From IMG/VR virus record IMGVR_UViG_3300031519_004372, positions 1 through 64,000 of that record: a stretch of 64,000 nt of DNA; one strand, written 5' to 3'. This document shows, piece after piece, positions 1 through 8,443 of the stretch. The notes below the pieces were generated by a model. It searched no databases. It saw only the letters and a program-made list of their open reading frames with translations, and had not been told where the DNA came from. The DNA is from a virus. Numbering within the stretch: position 1 is the stretch's first letter; each line of letters begins with the position of its first letter. The position numbers and the translations under genes are program-made.

Positions 1-1
1 A

Positions 2-682
2 GAAAAACAAGAGATACCATTTGGTGAAGGTAATCCAATTGGACTATTAGGGTGTGAAGGAGCAAATAATGCACAGAAAGTATCTAGTATGATACCTGCT
101 TGTTTGTTTGGAATACCTGCGGCACCTTTTGCGGCAATGGTTATGGCAATTTGTATGTACTTTGGTATGGAAATTGGTACACCGGATTTATTAAACGATA
201 TAAACTTTACACATAGTTTAGCATTTGGATACATTTTTGGAACAATAGGTGTAGCATTACTAAGTATATTCTTATACAAATATATTCTTAAGATATTAGA
301 AGTTCCTTTTTGGATTTATGCAATGTTTATTCTAGTAGTTATAGTATGGGCAAACATGCAATACACTGGTGGGTGGGAAGACTTTGCTCTACTCGCTATA
401 CTAAGTGCAATTGGTGTAGTATGCAAACACTTTAATATTAGTAGACCGGCAATCCTTGTTTCATATGTTGTAGCATTTAAGATTGATGAATACTTTTGGG
501 GAACACTACAACTGTACGGATACAAACAATGGAAACCAGGACTAACTTCTATGGAAGGATTTAGGTGGACTGAACTATTTAACATTTATAATCATCCTAT
601 TTTTCTTGTATGTATTATAATTGCAATAGGCATATTCATAAATAGTTTAGTAAGAAAAGATAAAGGAATCGATTATACATGA
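2..682 (+). CDS. tctA: Tripartite tricarboxylate transporter large permease (TctA family), 5'-truncated
   Basis: The frame is open from position 2: EKQEIPFGEGNPIGLLGCEGANNAQKVSSMIPACLFGIP matches the TctA FGxG..G...E.ANNA....IP...GIP motif. Multiple hydrophobic TM segments and the SRPAILVSYVV motif follow. Confidence 0.85.
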   Translation, partial: EKQEIPFGEGNPIGLLGCEGANNAQKVSSMIPACLFGIPAAPFAAMVMAICMYFGMEIGTPDLLNDINFTHSLAFGYIFGTIGVALLSIFLYKYILKILEVPFWIYAMFILVVIVWANMQYTGGWEDFALLAILSAIGVVCKHFNISRPAILVSYVVAFKIDEYFWGTLQLYGYKQWKPGLTSMEGFRWTELFNIYNHPIFLVCIIIAIGIFINSLVRKDKGIDYT

Positions 683-1419
683 CACATAATACAAATTGGA
701 ATAAACCATTAGCAGACCCAAGTAAATACAACAGTAATTGGGATTGGACTGTGGATCACAGTGAATATCACTTTAATGACAGTATACAAGATCAACCTGG
801 TGATTGGTTTGATGTACTTGGTGTATTTCAAGGTAACTGGACTGCTGAAAGAGAAGCACTTGTTTCTGCAACAAAACCAGTTAACTGGGCAACACGTAAG
901 TTTTATGGAGAAAGCGAAAAAATATCTCCTATGATAGACCAAGAAGAATATGACATTGAACAAGGCGGCGGTGATCCCGAAACGCTTATGCTAACTAATA
1001 TGAATGATGATTGGGATAACTTTCCAACACTGTATAGTATGATGGATTATTTTGGTTTAAAGGTTAGTAACGTTAATGGCGCAAAAAAACGTGCTCATGT
1101 TCAACTAACTGGACAAATGTTTAATTTGCATATAGATAAACTTTGGGATAGATGCTCTAAAGACCCCGAACAAGTAGCCCGCATTACTATTATGCTTGAC
1201 GATTGGAAACCTGGGCAATTTTACATGTATGGCAACTATATTTACAGTCACTGGAAAGCCGGAGAAGCTCATATATTTGATTGGCCAAATGTTCCACATT
1301 GTACTGCAAATGCAAGCAATACACCACGAGCTGTACTACAAGTTACAGGATTAAAAACAGATCGCACTAGAGAAATACTAAAAAATGCAAGTAAGGATAG
1401 AGTATTCAAACTTGCCTAA
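679..1419 (+). CDS. 2OG-Fe(II) oxygenase / aspartyl-asparaginyl beta-hydroxylase-like protein
   Basis: HxD (LHIDK), distal His (PHCTAN) and RAVLQ strand of a double-stranded beta-helix fold; ATGA overlap with tctA. Confidence 0.7.
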   Translation: MTHNTNWNKPLADPSKYNSNWDWTVDHSEYHFNDSIQDQPGDWFDVLGVFQGNWTAEREALVSATKPVNWATRKFYGESEKISPMIDQEEYDIEQGGGDPETLMLTNMNDDWDNFPTLYSMMDYFGLKVSNVNGAKKRAHVQLTGQMFNLHIDKLWDRCSKDPEQVARITIMLDDWKPGQFYMYGNYIYSHWKAGEAHIFDWPNVPHCTANASNTPRAVLQVTGLKTDRTREILKNASKDRVFKLA

Positions 1420-2035
1420 ACTAATTATATTAACTGGACCACAAGGTTCTGGTAATCATTTGTTTAGTAAAGTGTTAGCACTTAATCCAGTTGTACATGG
1501 TTGGCAAGATTTACTTGATGAATATTGGATCGGTCATGATAAAGAACCATTTGCAAAATACTGGGCTGATCCTGAACAACTGGACAAGTTTGATTGGTCG
1601 CAAAGCAAAGTATTTGTAACCAGCATTAGTTGTCCTTATGCATTAAATGGTGAGTATGTAAATCCTAACTACGCTTCTTTTATTAAACAGGCAAGCAAAT
1701 ATGTAGATATACAGGTTGCAATTATTGCAAGAGATAAAACTATTGTAGAATCACAGCAAGAACGTGTTAGAGGACAAATAACACTTCCTAACTTTTATGA
1801 CAATATGGACTTACTAACACAATATCCTCATATATTTGTAAGTCAAGAAGCATTAAAAATGTACGGTATTTGGTACTTGCATTATGTAGAACGTGAACTA
1901 GGATTACCTGAAAGTGCAATAACAGTTCATCACAACAATATATTGAGCGATGATGCAAATTGCAAATATATTAAAAACGTTAGTGAACAAACTTTAGATA
2001 AAATAGCACAAAAAGCAAGCAGTAAATGGCGATAA
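1412..2035 (+). CDS. P-loop sulfotransferase/kinase-like protein
   Basis: N-terminal LIILTGPQGSGNHLFSKVL resembles a PAPS/nucleotide-binding loop, with IIARD downstream. TTG at 1412 overlapping the upstream stop is a more plausible start than the track's 1385. Confidence 0.55.
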   Translation: MPKLIILTGPQGSGNHLFSKVLALNPVVHGWQDLLDEYWIGHDKEPFAKYWADPEQLDKFDWSQSKVFVTSISCPYALNGEYVNPNYASFIKQASKYVDIQVAIIARDKTIVESQQERVRGQITLPNFYDNMDLLTQYPHIFVSQEALKMYGIWYLHYVERELGLPESAITVHHNNILSDDANCKYIKNVSEQTLDKIAQKASSKWR

Positions 2036-2256
2036 ATCACGTTACAATAATCAAATACACTAGTGCAATATTCATTCTCTCTGCTATGGTTTTGCATGTT
2101 GCAGGCATAACTCCATGGAACAGCATACTACAGATGATAGGTGCTAGTGGCTGGATTTATGTAGGATATAAATGGAATGAAAAAGCCCTTATACTAAACT
2201 TTCTACCTCAGTTTGCTATTATTATTCCAATGTTAGTATACATGTATTTTTTATAA
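2026..2256 (+). CDS. Small membrane protein (about 3 TM helices)
   Basis: 76 aa, almost entirely hydrophobic, overlapping the upstream stop. Confidence 0.6.
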   Translation: MAINHVTIIKYTSAIFILSAMVLHVAGITPWNSILQMIGASGWIYVGYKWNEKALILNFLPQFAIIIPMLVYMYFL

Positions 2257-2258
2257 AA

Positions 2259-2264
2259 TAAATA
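2259..2264 (+). promoter_or_regulatory. Putative T4-type late promoter (TAAATA)
   Basis: ATAAATAC lies in the short gap before the methyltransferase gene; the same hexamer recurs before many structural genes. Confidence 0.45.
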
Positions 2265-2285
2265 CTATACATGAGGGAACCTAAA

Positions 2286-2903
2286 ATGTTTGAAAAACTT
2301 GATGCAGCAAGATTAGATTATTTTTCTACGAGAGACCATAAGGTAATGCAGAGAAAAATACGAAATATGACTGCATTAACATCTAATATTATAAGTACTT
2401 TTGATAAAGAAGCAAAAATTATTGATGCTGGTTGTGGTGGGAATCAATACCAAATGCATTTTCCTAATTTAATAGCATTTGATCCTGTAGATTATGGAAA
2501 TCAACATTTTGTTAGTAGTATCTTAGATGCAGACATAGATCAAGAAAGTCAAGATGGAGTATTATGTTTAGGGGTACTTCATGAATGTCCAGATGATTAT
2601 ATTCAAGCGAATATGGAAAAAATGTTGTCTTGGATTAAGCCAGGTGGTAAGCTAGTTATGAAACATAAAGCAACACCATTAACGTATAAAATTAATCACC
2701 CATATATAGATACTTTAAAAGCCCAAGGTATGTGGGATAAAGAAAAAATAGATGAATATACTAACATGTATAATTTAAAACTTAACTGGATAGAACCATG
2801 GAGAGTAACTAGGCAGCAACAATTTTATCATAAAAAAGTTAATCCTCTAGAATTAGTAATTGATGGATTTATTTGGTGTTGGGAGAAAAATGAAACAATT
2901 TAA
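2286..2903 (+). CDS. Class I SAM-dependent methyltransferase (copy 1)
   Basis: Motif I IIDAGCGG, motif II AFDPVD, GVLCLGVLH and WIKPGGKLV. Probable start is ATG 2286 after GAGGGA (track start 2271). Confidence 0.85.
   Translation: MFEKLDAARLDYFSTRDHKVMQRKIRNMTALTSNIISTFDKEAKIIDAGCGGNQYQMHFPNLIAFDPVDYGNQHFVSSILDADIDQESQDGVLCLGVLHECPDDYIQANMEKMLSWIKPGGKLVMKHKATPLTYKINHPYIDTLKAQGMWDKEKIDEYTNMYNLKLNWIEPWRVTRQQQFYHKKVNPLELVIDGFIWCWEKNETI
2396..2661 (+). repeat. 266-nt direct repeat, copy 1 (methyltransferase core)
   Basis: Ungapped match to 3027-3292 with 13 mismatches by manual alignment (~95%). Confidence 0.95.
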
Positions 2904-3537
2904 AGAATTTGAACTTGGTAAAGCTGAAAAATTTAAATTAAAAAAATCTAAGCAGAGAATGTATCGTCGCAATGTAGTACATGGTAAGGATTCTTCGCCC
3001 TTACTATTTTCTATTAATTTATTAGATACTTTTGATAAAGAAGCAAAAATTGTTGATGCTGGTTGTGGTGGGAATCAATACCAAATGCATTTTCCTAACT
3101 TAATAGCATTTGATTTTGTAGATTACGGAAATCAACATTTTGTTAGTAGTATCTTAGATGCAGACATAGATCAAGAAAGTCAAGATGGAGTATTATGTTT
3201 AGGGGTACTTCATGAATGTCCAGATGAGTATCATGAACCAAATATAAAAAAAATGTTGTCTTGGATTAAGCCAGGTGGTAAGCTAGTTATGAGAGGCAAA
3301 ACACAAAGAGAAACAACGACTGATTTTAATCAAGGTTATTGGTCAGAAGAAAAAATAGAAAAATTTAGTAATAAATTTAATTTATCCGTAGTATGGAATA
3401 CTACGTATCAAGCTGTTCACGGGCACACATATATGAATACTACGTATCAAGCTGATTGCGGGCACACAAATATGTATCAAGCCCAAGGGCCGTTGGGATC
3501 TTTAGGCTATATTTGGTGTTGGAGGAAAAATGTATAA
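2890..3537 (+). CDS. Class I SAM-dependent methyltransferase (copy 2)
   Basis: Same motifs (IVDAGCGG, WIKPGGKLV). Probable start is ATG 2890 after GGGAG. Confidence 0.85.
   Translation: MKQFKEFELGKAEKFKLKKSKQRMYRRNVVHGKDSSPLLFSINLLDTFDKEAKIVDAGCGGNQYQMHFPNLIAFDFVDYGNQHFVSSILDADIDQESQDGVLCLGVLHECPDEYHEPNIKKMLSWIKPGGKLVMRGKTQRETTTDFNQGYWSEEKIEKFSNKFNLSVVWNTTYQAVHGHTYMNTTYQADCGHTNMYQAQGPLGSLGYIWCWRKNV
3027..3292 (+). repeat. 266-nt direct repeat, copy 2
   Basis: Matches 2396-2661 at an offset of 631 nt. Confidence 0.95.
3396..3482 (+). repeat. In-frame 39-nt tandem repeat (2 copies plus a partial)
   Basis: gaatactacgtatcaagctgttcacgggcacacatatat / gaatactacgtatcaagctgattgcgggcacacaaatat / gtatcaagc, encoding NTTYQAVHGHTYM-NTTYQADCGHTNM-YQA. 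Confidence 0.9.
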
Positions 3538-3775
3538 AAAGATTAAAGATCACTTAGAAGAAACAGAGTGGAATTATTGGAAGCATTTGCATCATAGTAT
3601 CCAACAAAGCAATAAGTTAATAGGGTGTGCTATTAAATCTTATATACATGGAATATTTCCATGTTGGTATAAAGCAGATGGCCCTGTAACTATTGCAAAA
3701 ATGTATCATCAAATTAATAAAATACATCATGTACATAAGATAATTCAAAAAATGAAAAAAGACGGAGACATATGA
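3530..3775 (+). CDS. Small hypothetical protein, DUF6356-like
   Basis: The H....Y..H.........A...HGIFP pattern recalls DUF6356; the gene is translationally coupled on both sides. Confidence 0.5.
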   Translation: MYKKIKDHLEETEWNYWKHLHHSIQQSNKLIGCAIKSYIHGIFPCWYKADGPVTIAKMYHQINKIHHVHKIIQKMKKDGDI

Positions 3776-4359
3776 TGGATACAATGAGCTTACATAGTAT
3801 TTTATGTTCTTATGGAGATGTAGTAGAACTTGATTATAAGTTTAGTGACGATGCAATCACTGAGCTTAAACAAATTACTAATTGGTTACCTGGGCCAAAT
3901 AAAAAAACTTCTATTAACTTAACTGGTCCTATTGAAGAATTGGGTCTTGATGCTTTAGCAGATGTTAAACATCAAAAAAATCAACCATACAACGAAAATT
4001 TATTAAAGTGCCCAACAATCAAAGTATTCTTTGATAAATGGACTGAGCTCGCTAGGTGTAGAGCTGCTACTATGGATAAAGGAAGTTTCTTTAGACTACA
4101 CAGAGATGCGTTTAGACTAAATGACCAGTTTAGAATTTTTATACCATTAAATAAAACAACAGACGACGAATGGATTTTTATGTACGACGGTTCAATCCAA
4201 CGATTTAAAGAAGGTGTTCCGTATATATTAAATACTAGAAAAGTGCATGGTAGTTTTTCTATGGCAGATGGCATATATCATATACTAATGAGCGTATTTT
4301 TAAACGAATCTAATATTAAACAACTAGCCAAATTACTTCCAAACTGCAAAGAACATTAG
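3772..4359 (+). CDS. 2OG-Fe(II) oxygenase / aspartyl-asparaginyl beta-hydroxylase-like protein
   Basis: FFRLHRD (HxD), FRIFIPL and YILNTRKVHGS (distal His). Confidence 0.75.
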   Translation: MMDTMSLHSILCSYGDVVELDYKFSDDAITELKQITNWLPGPNKKTSINLTGPIEELGLDALADVKHQKNQPYNENLLKCPTIKVFFDKWTELARCRAATMDKGSFFRLHRDAFRLNDQFRIFIPLNKTTDDEWIFMYDGSIQRFKEGVPYILNTRKVHGSFSMADGIYHILMSVFLNESNIKQLAKLLPNCKEH

Positions 4360-4369
4360 ATAATATTGA

Positions 4370-4375
4370 TAAATA
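4370..4375 (+). promoter_or_regulatory. Putative late promoter (GATAAATA)
   Basis: TAAATA lies in the 48-nt gap, followed by an AAGGA RBS and ATG 4408. Confidence 0.5.
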
Positions 4376-4407
4376 ACTGTAAGTAAACGATTAAGGAAAT
4401 ATAAAAC

Positions 4408-5130
4408 ATGAAATTTTATTTAATTGCTGGTGTTGGATTTTCAGAAATGCAAACAATTGCTGATAAATTAAAAAATACACTTAACGCATGTCATGGTGAA
4501 GGTACTGCAATTAAAGCAGCTCATGGAAGTATTCGAAGATTCTCTCATGGAACCGAAACGCCTGGCAATGATTGGTGCAATCTTTCTGGGCACGATGGAT
4601 TAGGACCGTTTGGTGCTAGATTAGCAACTTTGCTAACCGCTACAACCGAACACGTTGTAATTTTTGGTCCAGGGGTGTTGAGAAATTTAGATAGAATGGT
4701 ATCACATTTTACGTCAAATCTAACAGACTCTGAACTTTCAATTCGCATAACAAGTCCTTCAAATATTGTAATTCCTTATATATTTAAAACTAATCAAGAT
4801 CCAAAAACTACTCTTGACTTACTAGAAGCCGAATGGGATAAAACTTCTATTATAAATAACGGTAGTGCAATTATAGATGCATCATCCGACGATATACAGG
4901 CAGCTAAAGCTTCTTATAACGCCTGGTGTTCTAATTTTAACTCCCAAGCACATTCTTTGTTTGGTGATTTTGACTCTGAAGACTTTACTCCGTTTGGTGG
5001 ATGGAACGAAAATTGTACTCCTTCATCAGTTGGCGTAGGCATTACTGATGTAACTAGTATTACTAGGAATGATAGTAGTGTTAGTTCGTTTACTAATAAT
5101 TCATCACAGTATTATATAACATCTTATTAA
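4408..5130 (+). CDS. Hypothetical Ser/Thr/Asn-rich protein
   Basis: 240-aa ORF with an RBS and no recognisable motif. Confidence 0.7.
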   Translation: MKFYLIAGVGFSEMQTIADKLKNTLNACHGEGTAIKAAHGSIRRFSHGTETPGNDWCNLSGHDGLGPFGARLATLLTATTEHVVIFGPGVLRNLDRMVSHFTSNLTDSELSIRITSPSNIVIPYIFKTNQDPKTTLDLLEAEWDKTSIINNGSAIIDASSDDIQAAKASYNAWCSNFNSQAHSLFGDFDSEDFTPFGGWNENCTPSSVGVGITDVTSITRNDSSVSSFTNNSSQYYITSY

Positions 5131-5222
5131 ACTCCTAATCAATTTTAGTGCATAGTTCACTATCACCTATCTCTTGCTGGTTAACTGTATAAGTATTAGT
5201 AACAGCTATTAATGGAGATAAA

Positions 5223-5972
5223 ATGATAGATTATATATATTCGGATGCAGGTTCACCTACAAAAATGATTATTTGGGACCTCGGCCGCCGATGTAACTTT
5301 GATTGCTCGTATTGTACTGCATGGATGCATTCAACAACAGCACCGTTTAGCGACTTTGAAGAATACAAAAAGACTGCCGAATTCATACACAAATATTATT
5401 CTTTATACAAAAAATATCATAAAGAAAATTGGACTGTAATGATTTCATTTACAGGAGGCGAACCTGCAATAAACCCTTCGTTCTACAAACTTGTTCCGTA
5501 TCTAAAAGAACACTATCCGTATATGCGTCTTAATTTAACAACTAACGGAGCGTGGAGTAAAAATAAAGGACAGTTTTTGCTTGATAACATGGAAAGCATT
5601 ACAGTGTCTTACCACTGTGAAGGCAACGATAAACAAAAAGCACTAGTACGTGACAATTTACTTTGGGTTAGATCAAATATTTCTAATCCTGAAAAAATTA
5701 AAGTTAATGTAATGATGCATATGGATTACTTTGATGAAACTGTAGACCTAATAGAAAACTTTTTAAAGCCAAATGATATAAAATATATTCCAAGAACAAT
5801 TGGCGATGATGCAAAATATAGATCTAAATGGTTTAAAGATGCCGATGGAGCTATGCGTAGAACATCTCATGTATATACCGGAGATCAATTACACTACATA
5901 AAAAATCATTGGAATTCTAAAAATAAAGAAGTTCAAGTTGCAAGAATTAAAAAGGAAACTGCTAATGTCTGA
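5223..5972 (+). CDS. Radical SAM protein (core only)
   Basis: IIWDLGRRCNFDCSYC (CxxxCxxC), ISFTGGEP and LTTNG; GGAG RBS. Confidence 0.9.
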   Translation: MIDYIYSDAGSPTKMIIWDLGRRCNFDCSYCTAWMHSTTAPFSDFEEYKKTAEFIHKYYSLYKKYHKENWTVMISFTGGEPAINPSFYKLVPYLKEHYPYMRLNLTTNGAWSKNKGQFLLDNMESITVSYHCEGNDKQKALVRDNLLWVRSNISNPEKIKVNVMMHMDYFDETVDLIENFLKPNDIKYIPRTIGDDAKYRSKWFKDADGAMRRTSHVYTGDQLHYIKNHWNSKNKEVQVARIKKETANV

Positions 5973-6504
5973 CTATCAACCAACAGCACAAACTCCAATT
6001 AAACCAATCGAAATTAAAACAGAATCAACTGGAAATAGTGGCCATGCTCGAAAGATGGGCCGTATGTGTTGTGGTGGCCGCTGTATGACTGTTAAGGAAG
6101 ACGGTCAGGAAAAAGATGCAATGTTTATTGAACAGTCTAACTTTGAAGGTTATAACTGTATGATTAACTGGTTCTTTTTACATATCGAACAAGACCGTGA
6201 CGCAGTTTATCACCATCAAACTTGTATGGGTAAATTAAAAGGTTCGCCCGAAGCAAATATTGACCCTGCAAAATTTGGAGACATTATTAAAAAGTTTGGT
6301 CCTAACAAAGGTCCTATTTGTACAATTAGTGAAAGCGACAAGTATTTAGAATGGTTAGAAGGTGAATTTATAAAAGGAAGAACTCCTACAATGGTTTGTC
6401 CTAATACACATTGTGGGTGTGGCATATGTATTGTTAAAGCAAAAAAAGATGACGATTTTGAAAATATTGCATCAAAGTATATTGAAGTAGGTCAGCTTGG
6501 CTAG
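5965..6504 (+). CDS. Stand-alone SPASM/twitch-type Fe-S domain protein
   Basis: Cys pattern CMINW..HHQTC..CPNTHCGCGICIVKAK matches the C-terminal domain of 17201-18187. It has its own AAGGA RBS and ATG at 5965. Confidence 0.65.
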   Translation: MSDYQPTAQTPIKPIEIKTESTGNSGHARKMGRMCCGGRCMTVKEDGQEKDAMFIEQSNFEGYNCMINWFFLHIEQDRDAVYHHQTCMGKLKGSPEANIDPAKFGDIIKKFGPNKGPICTISESDKYLEWLEGEFIKGRTPTMVCPNTHCGCGICIVKAKKDDDFENIASKYIEVGQLG

Positions 6505-7347
6505 ATGTTTTATTTAGATCTAGAACAGGGAAACAATACTGTTTCAATTGAATTTAAAGAAGTAGATACACCGTTAGGTAAAAAATGGGCAGAAGCACTT
6601 CGAAAAGAAATTGATAAAGGTATTTTTATTCCTCAACCAGATAGAATCTACAATCTTAATAATAAATGGACAGAAGATATTATTATTAATACACTTAATA
6701 AATGTATTAATACTATTAATGAATATGACAATTTCATTGATTACACAATACCTACGCCAATGACACAAGAAGCTAGTAATCACTTGCATCACTATTTTGA
6801 AAAAATGCGAGGTGAAGCAGAAGAACCAAATGAATTTTATAAAAATAGTCCAGAACATGTACAAGAAGCTATTGAAGAATATAATGTACAAATACATAGG
6901 TGGGAAGATTTAGGGGCTTCAGGTAGAATTGTAGTGCATATTTTAGATAGACCAACAACGTTGCTTGAGGATGAAGATTATAATCAATGGTCTTTAGACA
7001 CTGTGCCTGGTGATGTAAGATTAAACTATTGCCATAAAGGCAAACCCTTATGGGATGTTTTTAAAGACGGCGACGATGTAGTTGGCGAAGATAATATACG
7101 TCCTCAATTTAAGTATAGTGCAGATTTTCAAATTAATTTTGGTCAAGGTCCAGGCCATAGAAGACGCGAGAATTTAGACCAATGGTGGGAAGCTCAAGGT
7201 ATTAAATTAAATAAATTAGGATTTCATAAAGATAATCCAAAAAATGCTGTAGGATGGGCAGTTGTAGGCAAGGTTGTTGGAGACCCAATAGAAGTAAAAT
7301 CTTATATTTTTAATTCTACAAAAATATTAGGGGTAAGATATGTTTAA
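6505..7347 (+). CDS. Hypothetical protein, possibly metal-binding
   Basis: 280-aa ORF in an operon with radical SAM genes; contains His/Glu motifs NHLHHYFE and IHRWE. Confidence 0.7.
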   Translation: MFYLDLEQGNNTVSIEFKEVDTPLGKKWAEALRKEIDKGIFIPQPDRIYNLNNKWTEDIIINTLNKCINTINEYDNFIDYTIPTPMTQEASNHLHHYFEKMRGEAEEPNEFYKNSPEHVQEAIEEYNVQIHRWEDLGASGRIVVHILDRPTTLLEDEDYNQWSLDTVPGDVRLNYCHKGKPLWDVFKDGDDVVGEDNIRPQFKYSADFQINFGQGPGHRRRENLDQWWEAQGIKLNKLGFHKDNPKNAVGWAVVGKVVGDPIEVKSYIFNSTKILGVRYV

Positions 7348-8443
7348 GTGTGGCTACTTATCGCATGGAATATATACAGGGTTTGGCATGAAGGGAAATA
7401 CTCTGCCGTGCTGTTATGTAACAAAATCAGATAAGAAGTATAATTGGCAACCTAACAACGGCTTACTAAACGGCAATTTTCTTACTGAAGTAAGAAAAAC
7501 TGCAATAGCCGGTAATGTACCAGATATTTGTAGTGATTGTGTTAAACAAGAAAAATTAACTGGTACAAGTCCAAGGTTAAATAACAAATATTTTGATGAC
7601 GAAACAGTAAAAGAAGTTGTTACTGAAGAAGATGTTAGGTATTTACAAATACGTTTATCAAACGTGTGTAACTTTAAATGTACTATTTGTAGCTCAAATT
7701 TTAGTCATCTTATTGGAAAAGAACAAGGCATTAAAAATCCATTAGAGAGTATTAATGATGCTGAATTTAACGAGTTAAAAGAAAAACTACCAAAAATGAA
7801 AAATTTACAATTGTTAATCTTTGCTGGTGGCGAACCTTTTTACAATGCAAGTATGCTAATTGATTTATTAGATTACGTGCCTAAGACCGCAGAAGTTGCT
7901 GCACATACTAACGGGTCTGTATTTAATAAACCCCTTCTTGATAAGTTTAGAACGTTTAAGAGAGCAGTTCTAACTTTTAGCTTTGACGGATCAAATCGGT
8001 TCTTTAATTATCAAAGGTCTAATGGTAATTGGGATGATGTAATTAATAATGTTAAAAGAATAAAAAAAGAATATCCATTAATAAGATTAAGATGTGACAG
8101 TACAGTATCATGTGTTACATTTCCGGACCTTCCGAATTTTTTAATTGAAACAGAAAAGTTATTCGGCAGCCGTCATGTAGCTATACATTTTATACAGCAC
8201 CCATCCTATTATCAAATAAATTTACTTAAACTAGAAGTTCTAAATAAAGTTAAGGATCTTATAAATGATAAAGTAATTATAAAAAATATTGATAGTGCAA
8301 TTAACAATGTACCATCTAATAAAACTATAAATGACTTTTGGAACTATACAGAATATTTAAAGAAAAATAGAACTGATATAAACGATTATGTGCCAGAAAT
8401 TAAAGATCTAATTAGAGAAATTGATTTACCTGTATCCAATTAA
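7340..8443 (+). CDS. Radical SAM protein with N-terminal twitch/SPASM domain
   Basis: N-terminal C....HG....PCC...CSDC, then CNFKCTIC, FAGGEP and HTNG. Confidence 0.9.
   Translation: MFKCGYLSHGIYTGFGMKGNTLPCCYVTKSDKKYNWQPNNGLLNGNFLTEVRKTAIAGNVPDICSDCVKQEKLTGTSPRLNNKYFDDETVKEVVTEEDVRYLQIRLSNVCNFKCTICSSNFSHLIGKEQGIKNPLESINDAEFNELKEKLPKMKNLQLLIFAGGEPFYNASMLIDLLDYVPKTAEVAAHTNGSVFNKPLLDKFRTFKRAVLTFSFDGSNRFFNYQRSNGNWDDVINNVKRIKKEYPLIRLRCDSTVSCVTFPDLPNFLIETEKLFGSRHVAIHFIQHPSYYQINLLKLEVLNKVKDLINDKVIIKNIDSAINNVPSNKTINDFWNYTEYLKKNRTDINDYVPEIKDLIREIDLPVSN

Noticed and set aside
2396-3292. Diversity-generating retroelement TR/VR pair
   Set aside because: Mismatches are not confined to adenines in either copy, both copies are coding cores, and no reverse transcriptase is in the window.
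3396-3482. CRISPR-like mini-array
   Set aside because: Only two directly adjacent 39-nt units, in frame within a gene, with no unique spacers and no cas genes.
5938-5972. Frameshifted pseudogene or sequencing error joining the rSAM and SPASM ORFs
   Set aside because: The downstream ORF has its own AAGGA RBS and an ATG overlapping the upstream stop, typical of translational coupling; kept as a split gene.
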